Shown here: positions 50,145 to 58,514 of the stretch, one piece after another
How the letters are laid out: each line of letters begins with the position of its first letter
How positions within the stretch are numbered: the stretch's first letter is position 1
DNA from: Actinomycetota bacterium
Lineage (GTDB): Bacteria; Actinomycetota; Coriobacteriia; Anaerosomatales; D1FN1-002
Assembly (NCBI GenBank): GCA_037445995.1
Contig: JBBIJK010000007.1
Location: forward strand, 1-63,485
Reading direction: 5' to 3'
DNA: 63,485 nt
Made by a program: the position numbers and the translations under genes
Notes under the pieces: generated by a model
The model's input: only the letters and a program-made list of their open reading frames with translations
Told to the model about the DNA's origin: nothing
Database searches by the model: none

Positions 50145-51131
50145 CTACTGACCGAACACGCCGGGGTAGAGTGCTGCCGCTATCGCCTTGACTCCCTCGA
50201 CGACCCTGGGGCCGGGCCTGGACACGAGGTTGTCGTCGAGCACGGCCACCCGGTCGTTCTTGACAGCCGACAGCGACGAATATCCCGCCCGCTTCCCAAG
50301 CTGCGACGGGTCGCTCATCGAGCCCTTCGTCGCCAGGTACACGTCCGGGTCGTCCTTGACCAGCTGCTCGAGCGAGTAACCGACGTACCCGCTCTGAGCG
50401 CCCGCGACGTTGACGCCGCCAGCGGCGCTGATCAGCTGGTCGATCAGCGTGCCCGACGCCGCCGTGAACAGCGGGTCCTGCGCGATCTCGATGAACACCC
50501 TGGGGGACTGCTTGCCGCTGATCGCGGAGCCGACCTCCTGGAGCGTGGCGCGCATCTCCCCGATCACGCGGTCCGCCTCTTGGGGTGCGCCCATGACGGA
50601 GGCCACCCGGGCTATCGCGCTGTACAGCTGGTCGAGGGTCTGCGGATCGACCACCACCACGACCGCCCCGGCCTCCTCGAGCTTGCCGATGACGTCTCCC
50701 TGCACGCCGCCGGTGGCGAACACGACATCGGGGTCGGCCGCGACGATCGCCTCGACGTTGGGCTGGACGAAGTCGCCCACCTTGGCGATGCCGGAGACCT
50801 CAGCCGGATAGTCGCAGAAGGTCGTCACTCCGACGAGACGGTCGAGCCCCGCGACCGCGGCGACGATCTCGGTGTTCGCCGGTGCGAGCGACACCACCTT
50901 CTCGGGCCTCGCGGCGATGACGACCTCTCGCGAGGCGTCGTCGATCACCGTGATCGGATACGGCATGCCAGACACAGTGTCGGGGGTGACCTGGCTGTCC
51001 GGCGCCTTCGCACCCTGATCGCCGGTCCTTCCGGTGAAGAGCACCAGCCCGGCGATGAGCGCCGCGGCCAGCAGCGCGACCGCCACCGCATACCGCTTCC
51101 AGCCGCCGCCTATATACGCCTTCGGTTCCAT
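50145..51131 (-). CDS. btuF: Cobalamin-binding protein
   Basis: VVSLAPANTEI, GVT.FCDYP, PNVEAIVA..PD, SRPGPR; first gene after the riboswitch. Confidence 0.87.
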   Translation of the reverse strand: MEPKAYIGGGWKRYAVAVALLAAALIAGLVLFTGRTGDQGAKAPDSQVTPDTVSGMPYPITVIDDASREVVIAARPEKVVSLAPANTEIVAAVAGLDRLVGVTTFCDYPAEVSGIAKVGDFVQPNVEAIVAADPDVVFATGGVQGDVIGKLEEAGAVVVVVDPQTLDQLYSAIARVASVMGAPQEADRVIGEMRATLQEVGSAISGKQSPRVFIEIAQDPLFTAASGTLIDQLISAAGGVNVAGAQSGYVGYSLEQLVKDDPDVYLATKGSMSDPSQLGKRAGYSSLSAVKNDRVAVLDDNLVSRPGPRVVEGVKAIAAALYPGVFGQ

Positions 51132-51178
51132 CTTGCGCGTAACTCCTCTCGCTCTGGTCCGCGGCCCCGGAAACGGAT

Positions 51179-51201
51179 AGGACCCGCCATCGGCGGGTCC
51201 T
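51179..51201 (-). terminator. Riboswitch expression-platform hairpin
   Basis: AGGACCCGCC-GAU-GGCGGGUCCU, 10-bp stem between aptamer and btuF start; weak U tract. Confidence 0.6.
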
Positions 51202-51279
51202 CGAGTCCGGGGGAGATACGTGGCGCCCATCTCGCATCAGGCGTCGCGATCCGGCCCCTTGTCCTCGAAGGCCACGTCG

Positions 51280-51405
51280 CGCATCCCGGGCAGGTCTCCT
51301 GACTTCGGGGGCCCGTTCGCCGGGCTCCTCTTCACAGTGGCGGGTCCGTGCCGGTCTCTCACCGGCTTCCCTATTCTCCCGCGATCGCGGGCACCCTGGA
51401 TGCAC
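51280..51405 (-). ncRNA. Cobalamin riboswitch
   Basis: Minus strand AAUAGGGAAgccGGUGagagACCggcacggacCCGCCACUGUGA...AAGUCAGGAGACCUGCC (B12 box) upstream of btuFCD-cobO. Confidence 0.93.
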
Positions 51406-51425
51406 ATGTTCGGTTGTCGTCGGCC

Positions 51426-51454
51426 ACTGTACGCGCCGCGCCGGAGAGACGCAA
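51426..51454 (-). promoter_or_regulatory. Sigma-70-type promoter for the riboswitch-btu operon
   Basis: TTGCGT-N17-TACAGT on minus strand immediately after the hgcB stop. Confidence 0.65.
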
Positions 51455-51457
51455 GCG

Positions 51458-51748
51458 CTAACAGCCTCCGGTCGAGCAGTCGCACGAAGGCCCGGTCCCG
51501 CGAAGCCAGCCGCTGATCACGCCGGCCGCGCAGCCGACGCCGGGCACGACCGACACGGCCCCCGCGGCGCAGTTTCGCGCGCACGCCCCGCACTCGATGC
51601 AGGCGTCGCGGTCCACGATGACCGCACGCGCCTCTCGCATCTCGAGCACCCCGTGCGGGCACACCTGCGCGCACATCCGGCAGCCCGTGCAGGCGTCCGG
51701 GTCCAGGGTCAGCGTCACCACGCCCTCGAGGTAGCGGAGCCCGCTCAC
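51458..51748 (-). CDS. hgcB: Mercury methylation ferredoxin HgcB
   Basis: Two CxxCxxCxxxC motifs including CIECGAC, the GVGCA motif, Cys-rich C-terminus; GTGA overlap with hgcA. Confidence 0.93.
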   Translation of the reverse strand: MSGLRYLEGVVTLTLDPDACTGCRMCAQVCPHGVLEMREARAVIVDRDACIECGACARNCAAGAVSVVPGVGCAAGVISGWLRGTGPSCDCSTGGC

Positions 51749-52827
51749 GCCAGGCCGCCAACGAACGCGGCGGCGACCCAGCCGGCCAGCGCGAACACCC
51801 CGGCGCCGACCTGCCAGGGAAGGGATCTCCGCATCTCGACCAGCACCCCCGAGAGCGACGTGAAGGTGGTGGAGCCTGTGAAGTTCATGGCCGCGAAGGA
51901 TGAGACGGCGGTCACGGCGGCGAGAGCCCAGACCGTCATGAGGGGACCCGCGCCGGCCGCCAGGAGCAGCGGTCCGGCGAGGACAGCGCCTGCCAGAGCC
52001 CCCTTGACCGAGAACATCCTGCCCGGGATCCACGGCAGCAGCGCGGGCGTCACCAGGGCGCCGGCGAACACCCCCAGCGCCACGGCCGCCACGAGCGCCC
52101 CGCCGCGCGCCACACCCTCCGCGGCCGAGTAGCCCCAAGGGCCCACCGCTCCGAGCGCCACCGCCGCGAACGCGAACAGCAGCGCCCGCGGGCGCCAGAG
52201 CGCCGACAGCTCGACCGGGACGAGAGCGAGCCTCTCCTTGAGGGTGAAGCCGACGCGCCGCATGCCGCCCTCCGCCGACATCCCGGCAGCGAGGAAGGCG
52301 AGGATGTCGCGCGCGCGGACTGGCCCGTACACGACGCGGAAACCGCATCCCGCCCGAACCTCGTGCGCGGCCACACCCGGCGCACCGAGCTGCGGCACGA
52401 CGAGGACCTGGTGGCTGACCACCTGCGCCAGCCCGACCCTTCGCACGCGCGAGACGATCTCAGCGGTCCCGAAGGTGCCCTTCCCCGCGGCGCACCAGAC
52501 GTTCACGCCTCGGGTGTCGATGACCAGGATCCACGCGTCGACGCCGCCAAGCTCGCCGCGCAGCGCGTCGAACGACAGCTTGTAGTTGGCGCTGACCAGC
52601 ACGGGGGACGAGTCGTCCGGCGAGCCCACCGCGTAAAGGCCGGGTCGCACCCGGTGGTCCGAGCGGCCGACGTTCCAGCGCACGCGCCAGCCTCCGAGCC
52701 GGTCCGCGAGGGTCAGCGTGGTGGACACGACCGGGACCGGGCCGGGAAGGGTCGGAAGCCGGCCGGTCACGAATCCCTCAGCGTATCGCGAGTAGTCCTC
52801 CGGCGAAGCCGGGCAGCATCCGCTCAT
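51745..52827 (-). CDS. hgcA: Mercury methylation corrinoid protein HgcA
   Basis: PGLYAVG, SANYKLSFD, cap helix GVNVWCAAGKGTFG, PQLGAPGV, C-terminal TM region with MNFTGSTTFTS.SGV..EM. Confidence 0.96.
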   Translation of the reverse strand: MSGCCPASPEDYSRYAEGFVTGRLPTLPGPVPVVSTTLTLADRLGGWRVRWNVGRSDHRVRPGLYAVGSPDDSSPVLVSANYKLSFDALRGELGGVDAWILVIDTRGVNVWCAAGKGTFGTAEIVSRVRRVGLAQVVSHQVLVVPQLGAPGVAAHEVRAGCGFRVVYGPVRARDILAFLAAGMSAEGGMRRVGFTLKERLALVPVELSALWRPRALLFAFAAVALGAVGPWGYSAAEGVARGGALVAAVALGVFAGALVTPALLPWIPGRMFSVKGALAGAVLAGPLLLAAGAGPLMTVWALAAVTAVSSFAAMNFTGSTTFTSLSGVLVEMRRSLPWQVGAGVFALAGWVAAAFVGGLA

Positions 52828-53147
52828 CGCCTGGCTCCCGGCAGCCCGCAGCAACCGCGCTCGCCGGCCGAACGGGCACGCGCCGCCAGGTCGGCCGCGG
52901 CGGCAGCCACCCGCTCGAACGCCTCGGGCGCCAGGGAGCAGTGAAGCCATGGGCCGACCTTCCGGGCGCGGACCAGACCCGCGTCCCGCAGTCGTCTCAG
53001 GTGATGGGAGGTCAGCGCGTCCGACGCGCCCAGATGCTCGGCGATCTCGCACACGCACTTCTCGCCGCCTGCGAGCAGCTCCACGATGCGCAACCTGTTC
53101 TCGTCGGCCAGAGCGGCGTACGCGCCAGCATGCCCTTCGGTCTCCAT
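52824..53147 (-). CDS. ArsR/SmtB-family metalloregulator
   Basis: ALADENRLRIV.LL, EKCVCEI, SHHL..LR.AGLV, C-terminal CC; ATGA overlap with hgcA. Confidence 0.92.
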   Translation of the reverse strand: METEGHAGAYAALADENRLRIVELLAGGEKCVCEIAEHLGASDALTSHHLRRLRDAGLVRARKVGPWLHCSLAPEAFERVAAAAADLAARARSAGERGCCGLPGARR

Positions 53148-53154
53148 GCCGGCG

Positions 53155-53184
53155 ATCTTAGTCAAATGAGCATTTGATTGTCCA
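53155..53184 (-). promoter_or_regulatory. Promoter of arsR-hgcAB with palindromic operator in the spacer
   Basis: TGGACA-N18-TAAGAT ending 7 nt before ATG; perfect 7-2-7 inverted repeat tcaaatg-ag-catttga at 53162-53177. Confidence 0.75.
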
Positions 53185-53233
53185 GCACCGCGACGACCGC
53201 GCGAGCGGCCGGACCTCGACTGGAGACGCCTCT

Positions 53234-53809
53234 CTAGAAGAGGCCCTGCAGGTCCTCGATGGACTGCGCGGCGTGCTCGAGATGCCAGTCCTCCAGCGAG
53301 AGATAGAAGCGGGGGTTGAAGACCAGACCCATGTGCACGGTCAGGTCGATCACCTCCTCGAGCAAGCCGTCCGCCTTCATGAGCAGGTCGACGGCCCTGG
53401 GGTTCACCCTGTCGTCGCCGGAGGCGGGAGGGACGAGGAACACCCGCTCGTCGCCCTCGCCAAGGACGATGTCGAACAGAAGGTTGCCCTCCGCGAGCAG
53501 GAAGACGCTGGCGCCGTCGGCCCCGATGTCCTTGCGGTACGACGTACCCTCCTTGCGGTACCCCGAGATCTGCGCCACCTGGGCGGCATCGACCCTCATC
53601 GCGCAAGGCGGGACCGGAAGTCCCCCGAGCACCTCCCGCAGATTGGCCAGCGCCACCAGCGTCCGCTCCGACAGGTCGATCTTCAGCGCGCACAACGCCA
53701 AATCGGCCTCGGCGACGGACCTCGCGCTGAGGAACACCTCCATCATCTCGCGCGGTTCGCCGGAGTACAGGAGGCGGAGCTTGTCGAACTCCCTGACGGT
53801 GCTGATCAC
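53234..53809 (-). CDS. Hypothetical protein (paralog A of 55759-56337)
   Basis: 191 aa from inferred GTG; shares EADLAL, LANLRE, AEGN, YLSLEDWHLEHAA with paralog B. Confidence 0.85.
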   Translation of the reverse strand: MISTVREFDKLRLLYSGEPREMMEVFLSARSVAEADLALCALKIDLSERTLVALANLREVLGGLPVPPCAMRVDAAQVAQISGYRKEGTSYRKDIGADGASVFLLAEGNLLFDIVLGEGDERVFLVPPASGDDRVNPRAVDLLMKADGLLEEVIDLTVHMGLVFNPRFYLSLEDWHLEHAAQSIEDLQGLF

Positions 53810-54021
53810 TGCGATACCAGTCTTCGATCCCGGTCCGGCGCGGCGGCGCGGCGGGAGGGGCGGGCGGCTCGTCGGTCGCACATTCCGTATCGGCAGCGGC
53901 TGGCCGCTTGATGAGCGCCCGGGCGGCACCTCGCGACGAGCGGAGGCTCAGAAGGGACGGTTGTGCCCGCCGATACAGCCCGGCGGCGGGGTGATAGAGT
54001 CGAGAAAGGAGGTGTCGGGCC

Positions 54022-54861
54022 ATGTGCCGGTTCTGCGTGCAGCACGGTGACGGTGACAGGTGGTATCGCGAGGCCGCCAACTACGCGGTCGACCTCGAGG
54101 AGGATCTCACCCGGCGCGGCTACATAGTCGACTTCATACGCGACTTCGACGCCAACCGCCGCCGGGCCCTGACCGGTCTCGAGGTCGTCGAGCGGCTCCC
54201 GGCGCCGCTGGAGCGGGCCCTGAAGTCGCGCTTCTCGGCCAAGATGCAGGTGAACCACTTCGGGCAGCCAGTTCCCATCGAGGAATGCGAACGCATCTTC
54301 GATACCGCCACCTCCATCGTCAGCCTCCCGTGCCCGTGCCGGACGTTCGCGGGCAAGCCCCAGGACGGCTTCTGCATCGCCATGACGGTGACGCCAGCGG
54401 AGCACATCCTCCGCGAAGGCATGGCCGGCTACGGGGACGGCCCGGACACGCTCCGGTTCGAGCGCCTGGACAAGGCCGGGGCCATGGAGCTGCTCCGCAA
54501 GGCCGAGGAGCGCGGCCTGATGCACTCGGTGTGGACGTTCCAGACCCCGTTCATCGCCTCGATATGCAACTGCGACCTGTCCAGCGGCTGCATGGCGATG
54601 CGCCTCACGGTCGGCCACGGCGCCAAAGTGATGTGGCGGGGCGAGGACGTCGCGGTGCTGGACGCCGAAGCCTGCTCGGGGTGTCGCGCCTGCATCAGGC
54701 GATGCCCGTTCGACGCGATCGGCGCGCCGGCGAACGGCGGACCGGTCGACCTCCGTCAGGAGGACTGCTGGGGCTGCGGGGTGTGCCGCTCGGCGTGCAC
54801 GCTTGGCGCGATCACGCTAAGGGACCGCCGCGAGGTGCCCGCGGTCGCCTCGGTCTGGTAG
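54022..54861 (+). CDS. 4Fe-4S dicluster domain-containing protein
   Basis: AGGAGG RBS; N-terminal CxxCxxH, CPC, CNC....C, two CxxCxxCxxxC motifs. Confidence 0.9.
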   Translation: MCRFCVQHGDGDRWYREAANYAVDLEEDLTRRGYIVDFIRDFDANRRRALTGLEVVERLPAPLERALKSRFSAKMQVNHFGQPVPIEECERIFDTATSIVSLPCPCRTFAGKPQDGFCIAMTVTPAEHILREGMAGYGDGPDTLRFERLDKAGAMELLRKAEERGLMHSVWTFQTPFIASICNCDLSSGCMAMRLTVGHGAKVMWRGEDVAVLDAEACSGCRACIRRCPFDAIGAPANGGPVDLRQEDCWGCGVCRSACTLGAITLRDRREVPAVASVW

Positions 54862-54887
54862 CGAGAACGCCGCGGGGCGCCCGAGCG

Positions 54888-55574
54888 CTAGCCGCCCTGC
54901 TCGTCCGGCCCGGCTCCGATGCGCGTGCGGACCAGCGCGGCCGCCCCGGTCATCGCAAGGCCCCAAGCCAGCACCATCCCGAAGAAGGGCGCCTTGATGT
55001 CCCAGCCCGAGTTCAGCACCGGGTTGTCAGGGTGCATCAGGTTGGGGGAGGTCAGCAGGAGCGCCCAGAACCCGCACGCGAACGCCGCGTCGAGGGCGGC
55101 CGAGACGGTCCAGTGGTCGACCACGGCGTCGACGATGACGACGATGGCGGCACCGATGAGGATCCAGAAGGAGGCCTGCATCCTCGGCTCCGACCAGTTC
55201 ACGGCGCCCCAGGCCAGCTTGCTGGACACCATCCCCAGCACCGTGTTGGCCAGCCACAGCGACATCGCCACCCACCGCAGGGCGGCCTCCCAGCGATAGA
55301 CGCGAGCGCCGAGCCCTTCTCCGCGCTTCCCCGACGGGCGCCGCGCCAGCAGCACCACCGAGACCGCTCCCGCGAGGCCGATGAGGGTGAACATAGCCAT
55401 GTTGACCCAGGTCGACGCCCCGTGGAAGGTCACCAAGCGGACCAGCTTCCCCAATGACTGCTCCTCTGGCATGGCGAGAGCCAGGGCCCCGGTCGAGGCC
55501 ACCGCGGCCGCGACGGCCGCCCACAGCCTCCCGTTCCCGGACGGCAAGCGCCTCACCGCTGCGGCATCACCCAT
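54888..55574 (-). CDS. Cytochrome c biogenesis protein, CcmC/CcsA-like
   Basis: About 6 TM; FHG..W, Trp-rich AWGAVNWSEPR, MHP histidines. Confidence 0.72.
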   Translation of the reverse strand: MGDAAAVRRLPSGNGRLWAAVAAAVASTGALALAMPEEQSLGKLVRLVTFHGASTWVNMAMFTLIGLAGAVSVVLLARRPSGKRGEGLGARVYRWEAALRWVAMSLWLANTVLGMVSSKLAWGAVNWSEPRMQASFWILIGAAIVVIVDAVVDHWTVSAALDAAFACGFWALLLTSPNLMHPDNPVLNSGWDIKAPFFGMVLAWGLAMTGAAALVRTRIGAGPDEQGG

Positions 55575-55665
55575 CTCGCACTCCATTCCCTGTCGCCGAG
55601 AAGCCCGATGGCTCCGCTCGATCGATGTTTCCACGCGACCCTCGCACAGGGTACCAATCGGGGGC

Positions 55666-55681
55666 GGTGACGAAGGTCACA
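55666..55681. promoter_or_regulatory. CRP/FNR-family-like binding site
   Basis: gGTGA-cgaagg-TCACA matches TGTGA-N6-TCACA at 9 of 10 positions, in a divergent intergenic region. Confidence 0.5.
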
Positions 55682-55758
55682 TAGCGAACAGAACAGCGCG
55701 ACGAACGGCAGCACCTCTCCCGCCGCGGGCGCGTTTTCCCTTGCGAGAGGAGGCGACG

Positions 55759-56337
55759 ATGTTGGCGCTCACCAGCGGCATACAGGCGGTCCAGCCCTGG
55801 CTCCGGGACCCTGAGGTCCGGGAGCTGGCTTTGATAGTGCTCGCCTCGCCGCTGACCTCCGAGGCCGACCTCGCCCTGGTGGCGCTGGAGGACAGGGTCC
55901 CGGAGCGCGCGAGGCTGGCGCTGGCCAACCTGCGAGAGCTTCTCGCGGCCGTCCCGCAGACCCCGTGCGACATGGCCGTGGACGCCGCCACCCTGGCGCG
56001 GGTCGCGGACCTCGACAACGTGAAGGGCCACCTCACGGGCAGGTGCGAGGACGGGAGCGCCGTCGTGGTCATGGCCGAGGGCAACCGCTGCATGGACCTG
56101 TACGTCCAAAGGGGCCGGCGGCACATCTACTGGTCACCGGGCCATCACGCCGAATGCCGGATCCACCCCGACGCCGTCGACATGGTCCTGGAGCGGCCCG
56201 AGGTCCTCGCGCGGATCGTCGACGTCGTCATGGCGATGGGTCTTGAGTTCTACCCGGCCATGTACCTCTCGCTGGAAGACTGGCACCTGGAGCACGCCGC
56301 GGAAACGCTCGACGAGCTGGCTGCCCTGTTCTCCTGA
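55759..56337 (+). CDS. Hypothetical protein (paralog B of 53234-53809)
   Basis: GAGGAGG RBS, 192 aa; motifs shared with paralog A. Confidence 0.87.
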   Translation: MLALTSGIQAVQPWLRDPEVRELALIVLASPLTSEADLALVALEDRVPERARLALANLRELLAAVPQTPCDMAVDAATLARVADLDNVKGHLTGRCEDGSAVVVMAEGNRCMDLYVQRGRRHIYWSPGHHAECRIHPDAVDMVLERPEVLARIVDVVMAMGLEFYPAMYLSLEDWHLEHAAETLDELAALFS

Positions 56338-56357
56338 CCCGGCCGCGCGGGACCCGG

Positions 56358-58322
56358 CTACACCCTGAACCCGCCGAGCGTCCGGCGAAGCTCGTCGGCC
56401 TCCTCGCGCACCGAGTCGGCCGAGCCCACGAGGTCCCTCGCGACCCGCGCCGTCTCATCGGCGCTCGAGGTCACGTCCTGCATCACGACCGCGAGCTGCT
56501 CGGCCGCGACCTTCTGCTCGGTGGCAGCGGTGGCGATCTCGCGGGCGGCGTGCGCCGTGCCCTCCATCTGGTCGACGATCCGGTCGAAGCTGTCGCGCGA
56601 CGCGCGGCTCCGCTCGACACCAGCCTGGGCGAGCTCCGCCTGGTGAAGGGCGGTGCGGGTGAGGTCGGAGCTGGCGCTCTGGATTCCGGCGACCAGGCCG
56701 TTGATGCGGCCCGCCGACTGCCTGACCGACTCGGCCAGTGTTCGGATCTCGGTGGCCACGACGGCGAAGCCGTGTCCGGCGTCGCCCGCCCGGGCCGCCT
56801 CGATCGCCGCGTTCAGCGCCAGGATCTTCGTCTGCTCGGCGATGCCCGAGATTATCGTGGTCATCTCAGTGATGCTCGCGGCCACCTCGTCCATGGCCTG
56901 CGCCGCCTCGGCCGAGTCGCTGGCGCCCGCCGCCAGCTCGCCCATCGCGCGATCGCCGGTCTCGACGCTCTCGCGGCCGGACTGCGCGACCTCCAGGGCG
57001 TTCTCCGCGACGTGCAGCACGCGCTCGGCACTGCCGGCCACCGACGAAAACGTGCGCGAAAGCTGCGAGATGGTGGCGGTGATCTCGGCGATGGACGAGG
57101 CCTGCCTTGACGCGCTGTCCGAGGCGACGCGGGCGGAGTCGCCGATGTCGCCCGACACCCCGCCCAGGCGGTGGGCCGACGCCTGCGTCTGCCCGAGCAG
57201 CGAGCGCAACCCATCGATCATGGCGTTGAACGCGCCGCCCGTGACGCGAGCCTCGCGGTAACCCGTCTCTGGCACCGTGACCGTGAGGTCGCCCCCGGCC
57301 GCGCGGCTGGCGGCGTCCGCGACTCCCGCGAGGGGCTTGGTCATCCCCCGCCCGACCGCAAAGGCCGCGCCGATGGAGGCCCCGAAGGCGACGACCAGGA
57401 AGGCGGTGGCGAAGAGCGCGTAGCGCGTGATCGCGTCAGTGTAGGGTGCGAGCGGAAGTCCGACGTGGAGCATGCCGACGACCATGCCCGTCGGGTCGCG
57501 CAGCGGCTCGTAGGCCCCCAGGTAGCTCTCGCCCAAGACCTCGACCTCGCCCCGGAAGCCTTCGCCGGAGGCCAGGGTGGACTCGCGGACCTCGTCGGCG
57601 ACGGGCACGCCCAGAGAGCGGGTCCCATCGCCGTCCTTGATGTTCGTGGAGACGCGGGTCCCGGCCTGGAACACCGCGGCAGTCCCGCCGACCTTGTCGG
57701 CGATGGAGTCCACGAACCGGTGGTCCTTCTTGAGAGTGGAGAACACGAAGACCCACCGGCCGTCGTCGAGGGGCGCCAGCGCGACACAGCCGAGCGCCCC
57801 CTTCTCCTCGCCCGGGACCACGGTGCCGCCCAGGGCGTCGGCCGGAGTGACGGCGAGCGCCCCGGCCAGCCCCAGCCGGACCAGCTCCCTGTCGGGCACC
57901 ACGCCGAAGAAGGCGGTCGCGTTCCGTGAGCGCAGGCCCTCGGTCAGCAGCGGCCACTCCGCCACATGCGCGCTGCCCGCGCTCGCCGCGATGAAGCGGC
58001 CCTCGCCATCCACGACGGCGATCGCCGTCTGGTCGAAGCGCGTCGCGCGCTCCGTCAGCTCCTCGCGAAGGGCGGTGCCCTGCGAGGTCCGGATCCCGTG
58101 GTCGCCGGTCAGCCTCACGGCGTCCGCCAGCGTGGAGGAGCGGATGTCGCCCAGGCTGTCGACCGCCACCCGCATCCCCGTCTCGACCGCGCGCGTTCCT
58201 TCGACGCGCAACGCGCGATCGTACTCGCGGATGCCGAAGTAGGCCGCGGACAGAAGGGGCACCGCGGTGATGCTCGCGAACGCGAGGACCAGCCATGCCT
58301 TCAGGGTGTAGGTGCGCTTCAA
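56358..58322 (-). CDS. Methyl-accepting chemotaxis protein with Cache sensor and HAMP domain
   Basis: Two TM; RVSTNI...G.R..G and YEPLRD..G.VVGML Cache signature; [32 protein letters not shown]. Confidence 0.93.
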   Translation of the reverse strand: MKRTYTLKAWLVLAFASITAVPLLSAAYFGIREYDRALRVEGTRAVETGMRVAVDSLGDIRSSTLADAVRLTGDHGIRTSQGTALREELTERATRFDQTAIAVVDGEGRFIAASAGSAHVAEWPLLTEGLRSRNATAFFGVVPDRELVRLGLAGALAVTPADALGGTVVPGEEKGALGCVALAPLDDGRWVFVFSTLKKDHRFVDSIADKVGGTAAVFQAGTRVSTNIKDGDGTRSLGVPVADEVRESTLASGEGFRGEVEVLGESYLGAYEPLRDPTGMVVGMLHVGLPLAPYTDAITRYALFATAFLVVAFGASIGAAFAVGRGMTKPLAGVADAASRAAGGDLTVTVPETGYREARVTGGAFNAMIDGLRSLLGQTQASAHRLGGVSGDIGDSARVASDSASRQASSIAEITATISQLSRTFSSVAGSAERVLHVAENALEVAQSGRESVETGDRAMGELAAGASDSAEAAQAMDEVAASITEMTTIISGIAEQTKILALNAAIEAARAGDAGHGFAVVATEIRTLAESVRQSAGRINGLVAGIQSASSDLTRTALHQAELAQAGVERSRASRDSFDRIVDQMEGTAHAAREIATAATEQKVAAEQLAVVMQDVTSSADETARVARDLVGSADSVREEADELRRTLGGFRV

Positions 58323-58514
58323 GTACGCCTCCACAACGACCACGCGGTCCGTGAAGAGTATGCAAGAAGCGTACCCGTTCTGGATACGCCCCCGCTGTGG
58401 GCGGCTCGGGCGGATGGTGACCCACGGCACGGCGACCGCCTCGCAGGCGTATTATGCTATCAGCCCGGAGCGCGGCGACGCGTCGCGCTCACGCCACGCG
58501 ACCGGTGAGACGCC

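Noticed and set aside
51745-52827. Alternative call as corrinoid iron-sulfur protein (AcsC/CdhE)
   Set aside because: NVWCAAGK cap helix, TM C-terminus and adjacent hgcB fit HgcA
53887-53976. c-di-GMP-I or guanidine riboswitch
   Set aside because: Core consensus elements not found; kept only as an unassigned structure
52824-54080. ORF-track long N-terminal extensions (arsR 418 aa, hgcA 437 aa, hgcB 296 aa and others)
   Set aside because: Extensions overlap neighbouring real genes; shorter starts fit stop/start overlaps and family lengths
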